Source: an uncultured Gemmatimonadota bacterium (lineage in GTDB: Bacteria; JAAXHH01). Taken from it: 64,000 bases of DNA. The DNA lies in contig OX638340.1 in NCBI GenBank assembly GCA_951812955.1, positions 2,912,001 to 2,976,000 on the forward strand. Reading direction: 5' to 3'. Position 1 is the first letter of the stretch. Every line of letters begins with the position of its first letter. Shown piece after piece: positions 27,855 to 37,012 of the stretch. Made by a program: the position numbers and the translations under genes. The notes below the pieces were generated by a model. That model was not told where the DNA came from. It saw only the letters and a list, made by a program, of their open reading frames with translations, and ran no database searches.

Positions 27855-28664
27855 TCAGTTCCGTTCCAACGCTTTTTCGACTTCGGAATCCCAGGTGCCG
27901 TCCACGCGTATCCCATATTCGGCTACGCCCCCAGTGGCCCGTGGTCCGGTGATATAGGGCCGGTAGTCGCGGCCGTCCTCAATGAGGCGGTCCGGCGCGT
28001 AGTCCGCGCGGAGGAAGTGGAAGGCGATGCCGGCCCGGGCCTTATTCGTACTGTTATGACCCGTGCAGTGCGCGGTGCCATAGCAGAAGAACAGCGCGCC
28101 GCCTGCCTTCAGCTCGATGATATCCGCTTGTTCCTCCGGCGGGTAGCAGCGTATGTGGTGGTCGCTGTACTGGTCCCGGCTATGCTCGTAGGCTGTCCGG
28201 TAGCTGTCCGGGATCACCTGCATGGTGCCGTTTTCGACGTTCGCGTCGTGCACGGCAATCCAGACGGCCGTTCCCATAAGGGGATCGCTGATCTTGAAAT
28301 AGGCGTTGTCCTGGTGCCAGTGGGTGCCCATGCCGTCTCCGCCCGGTTTGAGGAAGACCTGGTCCAGTTGGAGAATATAGGGGTCTCCGATCAACTGGGA
28401 GATGGCGGCGATCACGTCGGGCTGGAACGGAAGGGCCCTGAACAGGTCGCTGTGGCTGAACATAGGGCACAACTGCAGGTTGCGCCGCGTCGTGGACTTC
28501 GTCTCTCCATCGCCCTCCGTGGCCACGTTGCGCAAGGCGCCTTCTTCCATGAGACGATCGATTTCGGCCTGAAGCGCCCGGGTATCCTCGTCGGAGAAGA
28601 ACCCGGGTTTAGCCACGTAGCCATGAGATTTGAAATGGTCGACTTCTTCCTTTGTCAATACCAT
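27855..28664 (-). CDS. Phytanoyl-CoA dioxygenase (PhyH) family Fe(II)/2-oxoglutarate oxygenase
   Basis: The blocks are FKSHGYVAKPGFFS, the HxD motif WHQDNAYF, and a distal His in GTAHCTGHN. Confidence 0.8.
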   Translation of the reverse strand: MVLTKEEVDHFKSHGYVAKPGFFSDEDTRALQAEIDRLMEEGALRNVATEGDGETKSTTRRNLQLCPMFSHSDLFRALPFQPDVIAAISQLIGDPYILQLDQVFLKPGGDGMGTHWHQDNAYFKISDPLMGTAVWIAVHDANVENGTMQVIPDSYRTAYEHSRDQYSDHHIRCYPPEEQADIIELKAGGALFFCYGTAHCTGHNSTNKARAGIAFHFLRADYAPDRLIEDGRDYRPYITGPRATGGVAEYGIRVDGTWDSEVEKALERN

Positions 28665-28796
28665 CGTCCTTCGTCCTTTGCCCGGTCCGGCCGGCCGGAA
28701 TGCCCAGGTTCATCCTGCACAAGGTCCGGCGTGGACCTGTTCATGCGCAGAGCCAGCCCATGGTGTCGGCGCCCGGCTCAACACGGTGCCGTCGTG

Positions 28797-31700
28797 TCAG
28801 AAGCTCATGCGAGCCAGCAGGCCGATTCGGTGATCGGACGCGCTGCCATGCCGCTCGAGTCGCATACCGGAGAGTTCCAGGGATGCGCCGCTGGCGCGAG
28901 AACCCGATTGGGAGAGTCTGGCGCCCAGCCGCATCCGCCGCCGGTCGTCTCCGAGGAGATACATTTCGCCGAAAGGCGTCATCAACATGCCAATGGACGG
29001 ATACGCGAGCCCGTAACCGACCTCGGCCTTGAACGCACGGGTGTTGTCCCGGCCGTTCACGGATGTACCGGCAAGCGGTCTGTCACGCCACATCATGCCC
29101 GAGTCTCCCGTACCGGCGCCAATACGCGGCGCGATGGACATGGATAGACCGGTCCCGCCCGCACCGGGATTGAGGTAGGCGGCAACGGAGAACCCGTTTT
29201 CGCTGTATCCATCGGCGGTGTGCACCGCCAGGAACCTGCCCTGCGCGTTTACGCCCACCCGGCCGCCTGACAGGCGCAAGCCTCCCGAGACCTCCAGACC
29301 CTGGCCCGTCTGGCCGGTGCCGCCGTCATAACGTCCGGCAACCTGGGCATAGGGCGTGATCGTGGTTCCGCCGGCAAGCGTCGACGTACGTGACCCTTCC
29401 AGGCCGATCCGGACCCGCTGCACGTCGCTTTCGATGTCGCTCAACGACGGGGATTCGCTGTCGGCGGTCGAAAGACGCAACAGGCCGGCGTCCCCGATTA
29501 CATCGAGACCCGTGCCGCCCGTCCCCGCCACCCGCATGCGCGTGCCCACCATGGCCATGCGCATGGAGAGATCGCTCGCAGCATCCTCCACATCGACTTC
29601 GCCGGTGCCGAGACCCACAATCGACCACACTTCCGTAAGACAGGTGCTGCTTGCCCATCGCAGGTATGGCAGCACACTGGTAAGGCGCGATTCCAGGCTG
29701 CCGCTCGCGACCGTTACGTCGTAATCGGACTGGCCCGCCGCGTGCGAAAGGGCAATACCCGCCATCCAGTTGCGCTCCGTGGCCACATCAAAACCGACGT
29801 AAGCCGTCTTCATGTCGCCATCGTAGCTGGTATTCACGTCGGGTTCGCCCTGGAAGTTCTGCAAATCGCCGGCGCCCCAGACAGACCATCGGAGACCTCC
29901 GTTGGCCGTGCCATCCTCCAGCGCGTACGAGAACGAACTCGTGCTCAACAGGTATCCGCTGTTAACGTAGCGCCGGTTTTCGCCGTCGTTCAACAGCGCC
30001 AGGTGTTTCGCCGAAACCTGGCGTCCGTGGCCGGTAAGTCTGGCCAGGGCCGCCACACTGGACGCGAATCCGTCTATCCTGCGACCTCCCACGGTGAATC
30101 CCTGTCCGCCCGTTCCATCGGAGAAGCGGCCGCCGATCGTTGAGGAGACGCTGGACAGCATGTTCCGGCCCATGGCGCTCAGGATGTTCTCGTAGACCAT
30201 CCGTTCCGCCGCGATGGCCGTAACCGTCACGCCGACGGTAAGGCTGGCCTCGCCGGCCGCGTTCCGGGCGGTGACCGTCACTGTGGCGGAACCCTTGCGA
30301 ACGCCTGTTACGGTCAGCGTGGCCGCCGACATAACGGCCGTTGCCACGCTGTTATCGGATGTGGACGCGGTTAAACTCAGATCTGTACCGCTGAACAGCG
30401 CACCCGCGTTGATTGTCTCGCTTTCACCCGAGTCCAGTGATACCGAAGGCGGACTGCCCACGATTGCCGGGGCATCGTAGGAGTCGGTTATTGTGACCGT
30501 CGCGGAATCCAGGTCCTGGCCATCGTAACTCGCCGTGACGATGATCGTCTCTCCTCCGGACTCGTACACATCGTCGTTGATGACCGTGATGGCAAGCTCG
30601 GAAGAACCTTCCGTGGCCTCGCCTGGAATCGTAATACTCAGGTTGCCACGGACGCTGTAGTCATCGCTGCTGGCCGTACCGGATAGCGCAAGCGGGATTA
30701 CCGTCGTGATCGGTATGGCCCCGCTCGTCTGCGTCGCCGTCACGTTCACGGTCTGCGTACCGCCGTCTTCGGACACAGCCTCGGGGGTAACAGAAAGCGT
30801 AATCTCCGGGACGTAGCCGGTCAGATCGAAATAGAATCCTGACCCGATTACGAGTTCCGTCCCGTCGACCATGACGGTTTCCGTGTAACTCACCTTGGGC
30901 GAGCCCGTATCTTCGTCGCCGTCCACAGCCGGGTTGTCGAAGTAATACTCTACATAACCTCCCCCGGCCTGCGCTGCCGCGATAAGCTCACGAGTGTAAT
31001 AGACCCCATTCAGGTCCTGGTCATCGAAAATGTTCATGTTCTCGATCGATGGGTTGGCACCGTTGAAAACGAGCAGGCCGTCTGTTTGCAGGAAAAAAAT
31101 GTAGATCTCACCCAGCCGCCAGTTTCCGTCCTCGACCCGGAAGGCCTCGACGACGTCACTGTGAAGATCGAATCCCACTTCATCGATGGCGCCTTTGTAG
31201 GCTGCTTTGGCCGCCTGGACAAATGACCTGAGGCTTGCCCGGTCCATCACGTCCGCCGCGGTTACGTCTCCAACAGGAAGAGGAGGTACGAGAACGTCCA
31301 GCACCGTGATCGTCGACGACCCGATATCCTCTCCCTCGTAAGTGGCCTTAACCACGATGGTCTCGCCGTCTTCCTCGGCTACGTCGTCGATCACATCGAA
31401 GGTAAGCGTCGTGGAAGCCGACGTGGCATCCCTTGGAATGATGATTTCGAGCGTTCCGTCCGAGGTATAGTCATCGCTTGTGGCCGTACCCTCGAGTGTC
31501 AGGTCGATGATCGTAGCCACCGGCACCGGGTCGTCGGTGAGCGTGGCCGTCACGGTCACCTCCTGGCCGTCTTCGCCTTCGACGAGGGTTTCACGGTCCA
31601 CCTCCAATGTGATCGCCGGGACGTCGTCCACGGGTCTTCGGTAAAAACCGGCGCCCACGACGAAGGTCTGGCCGGGATAAAAATCCGGATATTCAATAGT

Positions 31701-34700
31701 CTCAGCGTAACTCACCTTGGGCGAACCGAGCTCTTCGTCTCCCATGACCGACGGGTCGTCATAGTGGTACTCGACAAATCCACCGCCCCCAATCGCGACG
31801 TTGATGAGGTCTTCAATGAAGCGCTTGCCGTTCAAGTCTTCCAGGTCGATCCGAATGGCGCCTTCCTGCGTTATGTCCGCCCCGTGGAAGAACACGAACC
31901 CTTGCGTTGTCAGGACGAACAGGTAGATGGCGCCTTCCCTGAACGGTCCTCCTTCTTCCCTCAATGCGGCTTTCAGCCTCCCGACCTCCACGCCGCGCGT
32001 TTCGAAGGCCTCAAAAGTCCAGTCTACGGTGCCTCGCACGAAGGCCTTCAGCGTTTCCTTGTCCACCACGTCCTGCGCACGCACAGCTGGCGGATCCGGA
32101 AGCGTGACTTCTGAAACAGCATCGGGGATATCCATGTTGAAGCCGCCTACCAGGATGAAATCACCCACGCCGAACCCGGATGCGTACGAAGTGGCGTAGG
32201 CCACGCGGTTGGGATCGTCATTGGGATCGTTCGGATCATCCCAGGTGAATTCGACGAAACCCCCTCCTGAATTGGCCGCCGCGAGGATCTTCTGAACGAC
32301 TTTTTCTCCTTTGTCGTCTTCCAGGTCGCTAATGTCAATGCCGTCGCGGGTCGGGTCGTCGCCGTGGAAGAACATCTCGCCTGCAATCGTCAGGACCGAA
32401 AGGTACAGGTCTCCTTGTTTCCAATCGCCTTCGGAACGGAACGCGACACCCAGGGCCGGGAGTTCGTTGGCGTCGGTAATGCGTTCCAGGGAATCGGCCA
32501 CAGTTTCGACAAATCCCTTCAGCGTCTCGCGGTCTACTACTTCGCTGGCCACGATCGTTGTTTTTTCCTTCACCGTGATCGTCGCCGACCCGATATCCTC
32601 TCCCTCGTAAGTGGCCTTAACCACGATGGTCTCATTGGCGCCGTCGATCACATCATCCACCACGTCGAAGGTGAGCGTGGTGGAAGCCGCGGTGGCATTC
32701 CTTGGGATAATGACCTCCAGCGTTCCTTCCACGGTGTAGTCATCGGAAGTGGCCGTACCGTCAAGAGACAGGTTGATGATCGTCGCCACCGGCACCGGGT
32801 CATCGGTCAGCGTGGCAGTTACCGTCACTTCCTGGCCGTCACGGCCTTCGACTACGGATTCCGGATCCACGGCCAGCGTGATCTCCGGTACGTCGTCCAC
32901 AGGTCTTCGGTAGAAGCCTGCGCCTACGACGAAGGTCTGCCCGGGATAATAATGCGGGAATTCAACCGTTTCGGCATAACTCACCTTGGGCGAACCCAGC
33001 TCTTCATCACCCATAACCGAAGGATCGTCATAGAAGTACTCGACAAAACCACCACCTGCTACCGCGGTATTTATGAGATCTTCGATAAAGCGCTTGCCGT
33101 TCAGGTCTTCGAGATCGATCCGGATCGCACCTTCCTGCGTCATGTCCGCCCCGTGAAAGAACACGTACCCATTCGTTGTAAGAATAAACAGGTAGATGGA
33201 GCCTTCTCTAAATGGTCCGTCTTCTTGCCTCAAAACGGCTGTCAGTGTCCCGGCCTCGACACCATGCGTCTCGAAAGCGGTAAAGGACCATTCGATCGCG
33301 CTTTTCACGAAAGCCTTAAGACTCTCCTTGTCCACCACGTCCCGTGCCTGGACAGCGGGCAAATCGGGCAGCATACCCTCTTCCGGATCGGGAATGTCCA
33401 TGTTGAAGCCGCCCACCAGGATGAAATCACCCGACCCAACAAAACCGGATGTATATCGGACCGCGTAAGCCAGCCGGTTCGGATCATCATTGGGATCATT
33501 CGGATCATCCCAGGCAAAATCTACGAACGCTCCCTCGGCGTCCGCTGAGATGATATCCTGAACTACTTTATTGGCGTTGTCGTCTTCCACATCGCTTATA
33601 TCGAACCCGTCCCGGGTGGGATCGTCACCGTGGAAAATCAATACGCCTTCAGGGGTGAGCACCGAAAGGTACAGGTCTTCATGTTTCCAATCGCCTTCTT
33701 CTCGGAGGACACCCCACAATCGAGGGACCTCGTTGATATCGGTAACCCGTTCGAGAGAATCCGCCACCATGTCGACGAATGCCTTCAATGTCACATCATC
33801 CTCCACGTCAGCGGCCGTAATACGTCCAGTAGCGTCAAGAATCGACAGCGTGTCGGCCGCCACTTCCTCCAGGTCGTGGTTGGCAGTGACGATGATGGTT
33901 TCGCCGTCCGCTTCCGCTACTTCGTTGTCCGCCACGTCGAACGTCAGTTCCGTGGTCCCTTCCGTCATCTCGGCGGGTATCGTGACGACCATCTCGCCGG
34001 TTACTGTGTAGTCGGTGTTCTCCACGGCCGTGCCCGACAGGGTCAGCGGCATTCGAACCGATACGGGCAATGCACCATCGGCCCGGGTTTGCGTAGCCGT
34101 CACGGTCACGGTCGCGGTCTCGCCCTCGGTCAACACATCGGGGTCTGCGGCCAGCTCGATCGTACCCACATGATCTTCAAGTTCGTCGAAGTATAAACCG
34201 GAGCCAATGATGTAATCGTTGCCATGAAACACAAACTCTTCGGCGTAGCTCAACTTCGGCGAACCGGTATCTTCGTCTCCCATGACATCCGGATCGTCAT
34301 AGTGATATTCGACAAAACCGCCACCTGCCTGTGCCGCGGCGATGAGATCCTGGATGAAGTACTTCCCGTTTACGTCCTGTTCATCCCATGCAGACATGTT
34401 CTGCAGGCTGGCGTTGGCTCCATGGAAGAACCAGTCTCCCTCGGTGGTCAAAACGAACAGGTAGGTGTGTTCGTGCCTCCAGGGGCTGCCTTCCTGCCTG
34501 AAAATATCCAGGTTCGCTGACAAGATGTCGAAACCGTATTGTTCGAGGGCTGTCTGGTAAGTGGTGATGGATCCCTCTACGAACTTTACGAGGGTACCCC
34601 GGTCCATCACCTCGGAAGCCGTGACCTCCGGGTGGGGAAGCTCATCCGGATTTATCGTGGGTGTGGGAGGGCTCGAACCGGAAAGATTCTGGCGGAATCC

Positions 34701-35240
34701 GCCGACCATGATCACCTTCTGTCCGGTTATACCTGAAGTGTAGCTCACGGCATAGGCAGTTTTAGCGGTATCTTCGTCCCCCTGCTCGTCCGGATCATCC
34801 CAGTAGTAATCGACGAAGTCGCCACCCTCCACGTCCGCGGCCGTTAAGAGCGCTTGCACCACCTTTGTGCCCATCGCATCTTCGACATCAGAGATATTTG
34901 CTGTATTTACCGAGTGGTCATTGGCATGAAGCCATACAATACCGCCCGGCAAAAGGATGATGAGGAAGGTGGTGCCGTCATTCCAGTCTTCCTCGTCGCT
35001 GATTTTGTGGATCCATCCGCTGATATCGTTCGGATTGGTAACCGCTTCCGCATCGGCCTTCGCATACAGCACGAACTGCTTGAGGGTCGCGTCGTCCATT
35101 ACCTGGCCGGCCGTAATCGGTTCGACCTGGGCAGCAGCCGGCCCTGCTCCAATGAGTAGGCTTACCACACCCATCATTACCCCTAAAACCAGAGTTGATA
35201 ACATCAATCTATCAGAAATAGAGGAACTCATAATTGGCAT
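28797..35240 (-). CDS. Giant surface protein: 7 Cache-like + 4 Calx-beta-like modules, a Big_2 domain and an autotransporter beta-barrel
   Basis: There is a Sec signal (...LLIGAGPAAAQ). Modules of about 140 aa repeat with YLFVLTTxGxxFFHGA ... DxNGKxFIxDLIxxAxxGGGFVEYxYDDP ... SPKxSYAE ... VGxGFY, the single-Cache pattern. The Calx-beta-like pattern is VTVTATxT...LxGTAxxxDYT...TLTFDVxDDxxxExxETIVV. The Big_2-like region is SDNSVATAV...TVTGVRKGSATVTVTARN (about 30214-30480). The C-terminal barrel (about 28797-30200) ends ...LLARMSF. Confidence 0.85.
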   Translation of the reverse strand: MPIMSSSISDRLMLSTLVLGVMMGVVSLLIGAGPAAAQVEPITAGQVMDDATLKQFVLYAKADAEAVTNPNDISGWIHKISDEEDWNDGTTFLIILLPGGIVWLHANDHSVNTANISDVEDAMGTKVVQALLTAADVEGGDFVDYYWDDPDEQGDEDTAKTAYAVSYTSGITGQKVIMVGGFRQNLSGSSPPTPTINPDELPHPEVTASEVMDRGTLVKFVEGSITTYQTALEQYGFDILSANLDIFRQEGSPWRHEHTYLFVLTTEGDWFFHGANASLQNMSAWDEQDVNGKYFIQDLIAAAQAGGGFVEYHYDDPDVMGDEDTGSPKLSYAEEFVFHGNDYIIGSGLYFDELEDHVGTIELAADPDVLTEGETATVTVTATQTRADGALPVSVRMPLTLSGTAVENTDYTVTGEMVVTIPAEMTEGTTELTFDVADNEVAEADGETIIVTANHDLEEVAADTLSILDATGRITAADVEDDVTLKAFVDMVADSLERVTDINEVPRLWGVLREEGDWKHEDLYLSVLTPEGVLIFHGDDPTRDGFDISDVEDDNANKVVQDIISADAEGAFVDFAWDDPNDPNDDPNRLAYAVRYTSGFVGSGDFILVGGFNMDIPDPEEGMLPDLPAVQARDVVDKESLKAFVKSAIEWSFTAFETHGVEAGTLTAVLRQEDGPFREGSIYLFILTTNGYVFFHGADMTQEGAIRIDLEDLNGKRFIEDLINTAVAGGGFVEYFYDDPSVMGDEELGSPKVSYAETVEFPHYYPGQTFVVGAGFYRRPVDDVPEITLAVDPESVVEGRDGQEVTVTATLTDDPVPVATIINLSLDGTATSDDYTVEGTLEVIIPRNATAASTTLTFDVVDDVIDGANETIVVKATYEGEDIGSATITVKEKTTIVASEVVDRETLKGFVETVADSLERITDANELPALGVAFRSEGDWKQGDLYLSVLTIAGEMFFHGDDPTRDGIDISDLEDDKGEKVVQKILAAANSGGGFVEFTWDDPNDPNDDPNRVAYATSYASGFGVGDFILVGGFNMDIPDAVSEVTLPDPPAVRAQDVVDKETLKAFVRGTVDWTFEAFETRGVEVGRLKAALREEGGPFREGAIYLFVLTTQGFVFFHGADITQEGAIRIDLEDLNGKRFIEDLINVAIGGGGFVEYHYDDPSVMGDEELGSPKVSYAETIEYPDFYPGQTFVVGAGFYRRPVDDVPAITLEVDRETLVEGEDGQEVTVTATLTDDPVPVATIIDLTLEGTATSDDYTSDGTLEIIIPRDATSASTTLTFDVIDDVAEEDGETIVVKATYEGEDIGSSTITVLDVLVPPLPVGDVTAADVMDRASLRSFVQAAKAAYKGAIDEVGFDLHSDVVEAFRVEDGNWRLGEIYIFFLQTDGLLVFNGANPSIENMNIFDDQDLNGVYYTRELIAAAQAGGGYVEYYFDNPAVDGDEDTGSPKVSYTETVMVDGTELVIGSGFYFDLTGYVPEITLSVTPEAVSEDGGTQTVNVTATQTSGAIPITTVIPLALSGTASSDDYSVRGNLSITIPGEATEGSSELAITVINDDVYESGGETIIVTASYDGQDLDSATVTITDSYDAPAIVGSPPSVSLDSGESETINAGALFSGTDLSLTASTSDNSVATAVMSAATLTVTGVRKGSATVTVTARNAAGEASLTVGVTVTAIAAERMVYENILSAMGRNMLSSVSSTIGGRFSDGTGGQGFTVGGRRIDGFASSVAALARLTGHGRQVSAKHLALLNDGENRRYVNSGYLLSTSSFSYALEDGTANGGLRWSVWGAGDLQNFQGEPDVNTSYDGDMKTAYVGFDVATERNWMAGIALSHAAGQSDYDVTVASGSLESRLTSVLPYLRWASSTCLTEVWSIVGLGTGEVDVEDAASDLSMRMAMVGTRMRVAGTGGTGLDVIGDAGLLRLSTADSESPSLSDIESDVQRVRIGLEGSRTSTLAGGTTITPYAQVAGRYDGGTGQTGQGLEVSGGLRLSGGRVGVNAQGRFLAVHTADGYSENGFSVAAYLNPGAGGTGLSMSIAPRIGAGTGDSGMMWRDRPLAGTSVNGRDNTRAFKAEVGYGLAYPSIGMLMTPFGEMYLLGDDRRRMRLGARLSQSGSRASGASLELSGMRLERHGSASDHRIGLLARMSF
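31302..33794 (-). repeat. Intragenic tandem duplication, period 1269 bp (423 codons)
   Basis: Copy A spans about 31302-32525 and copy B about 32571-33794. They are collinear at an exact 1269-nt offset. For example, CACCGTGATCGTCG[A/C]CGACCCGATATCCTCTCCCTCGTAAGTGGCCTTAACCACGATGGTCTC occurs at 31302 and 32571. Each copy encodes Cache-A, Cache-B and Calx-beta. Confidence 0.85.
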
Positions 35241-35396
35241 CTCCCATCTTTGGATGGAATTTAAGATTCGAAAGTACGATTAAAGTCTGGTTTATGTAGC
35301 AATTGCAGTATGAAATTTCACTTTCTTTCTACGTCAAGTCAAAGTTCGACCTTCATTCAGATTCCATTAGATAGAAATGTAATTTTAATAACTGCT

Positions 35397-36798
35397 TCAA
35401 TCAGGTAACGCCTCGTTGCCGAACCGCTCGATGGCATCCAGGGTCTCCAGGACATCGTCCCATGAAGTGGTGTAGTTTACAATACAGAGTCTCAACGAGA
35501 ACTTCTCCCAGAGATTGGTAGAGGATATGAACGCACGGTCTTCCCAGAAGATGCGGACGAGGACCTTCTTGTTGATTGCGTCCAGGGCGGACTCGTCGAG
35601 GTCTGCATGACCGGGATTGACGCGGAAGCATACGATGCCCAGCGACCCTGGTAACAACATCTCCAAGGTATTGCTGTTCCTGATGTAATCCTCAGCTTGG
35701 GCAGCCAGTTCAAGTCCTTTGGAAACGGCTCGACGGAAGGCCGCCATGCCGAAGATCTGCACGGACATCCAAATCTTCAATGCCCGTACGGACCTGCTGA
35801 GTTGCAGACCTCGGTCGGAGAAATTCGGATGATTCGCCCCCCACACCGTGTCCTGCAGGATATCGTGCCGCACCGCGAAGGCGCGCTCCAGCGTACCGAG
35901 GTCCTTTACCATCAGGCACCCGGCTTCGTATGGCTGGTAAAACAACTTATGCGCGTCCAGGCCGATCGAATCGGCGCGCCCGATGCCTCGCAGAAGAGGT
36001 TTCCCCCGTTCGGTAATGACCGCGAAACCGCCGTAGGCGGCGTCGACGTGGAACCAGATGCCTTCCGCTTCGCATAGATCCGCCATCGTTTCAAGCGGGT
36101 CGATCGCGCCCGTGCTGCTCGCTCCGGCGTTGGCGCATACGGCGACCGGTTTATACCCTGCCGATCGATCCTGTTCTATCGCGTGCTTCAGCGCTTCCGA
36201 ATCAAGACGGTAGCGCGCGTCGGTCTGTATCAGCCGTGCGTTCTCGTCGGGAATGCCGATGATCCTGGCTGCCCGGACCAGTGCGCTGTGACTCTGGTCG
36301 CTCATGTACACGGTAGCGTTGTCGGGATTGCCTGCCGCTTCCCGCGCCGCGACCAGGGCTTCCAGACTGGCCGCAGATCCCCCGCTTGTCATGAGCCCTC
36401 CCGCGGTCTCCGGGTATTCAAGCCATCGCCTGAACCAGTCGATAACGACCAGTTCCATCTGGCTGGCCCCGCTAGAGGTCAACCAGGTGCACTGGTTCAC
36501 CTGGTGCGCGGACACCATGAAGTCGGCGAAGCACCCCGGGCCAGGTCGGCGAAGACGGCATGAACGCAAAAAAACGGGGATGGTCGTTACGGGCGCCGAG
36601 GGGCAGGATCTCCTTCGCCGCCCTTTCAAGGACCTCCGTCGCGGAGCTTCCCTGTTCGGGCGGTTCCTCCATGAGCTGGTCTTCGAGCTCCTTCTTGAAT
36701 TCACCGTCCCAGGCATGTTCTTCAGGGAGCTTCTTGATGCGTTCAACGATCAACTCCGCCGTCTTGTTGGCGAGTTCAAGCATGGTCTCGGGCGACAT
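35397..36798 (-). pseudogene. Group II PLP-dependent (aromatic-amino-acid/glutamate-type) decarboxylase, interrupted by a +1 frameshift
   Basis: The N-terminal 90 codons (MSPETMLEL...HPRFFAFMPSSPTWPGVL) are in one frame. The remainder (ADFMVSAHQVN...LDAHKLFYQPYEAG PLP-Lys motif...) is in another. The junction is at about 36528, where one extra base sits in CTT-C-GCC. The joined length would be about 466 aa. Confidence 0.7.
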
Positions 36799-37012
36799 CT
36801 GAAGGTCGCCGTTCGATTCAGCGGAAGTGCCTGTGCCATGCCCGCAGCCGGGTTTGGACGGATCGTGTGGAACGGCTATTTTGCCAGGATCGGATCGCAC
36901 GACGATAAATACCCGGGGATTTAGTGAAGCTGGTGTGAAGGTGTTAAAGGGTTGGTAAATCCAAGTATATATATACGAATTCTTGCCAAATAAAACATTT
37001 AAATATCTGTAC

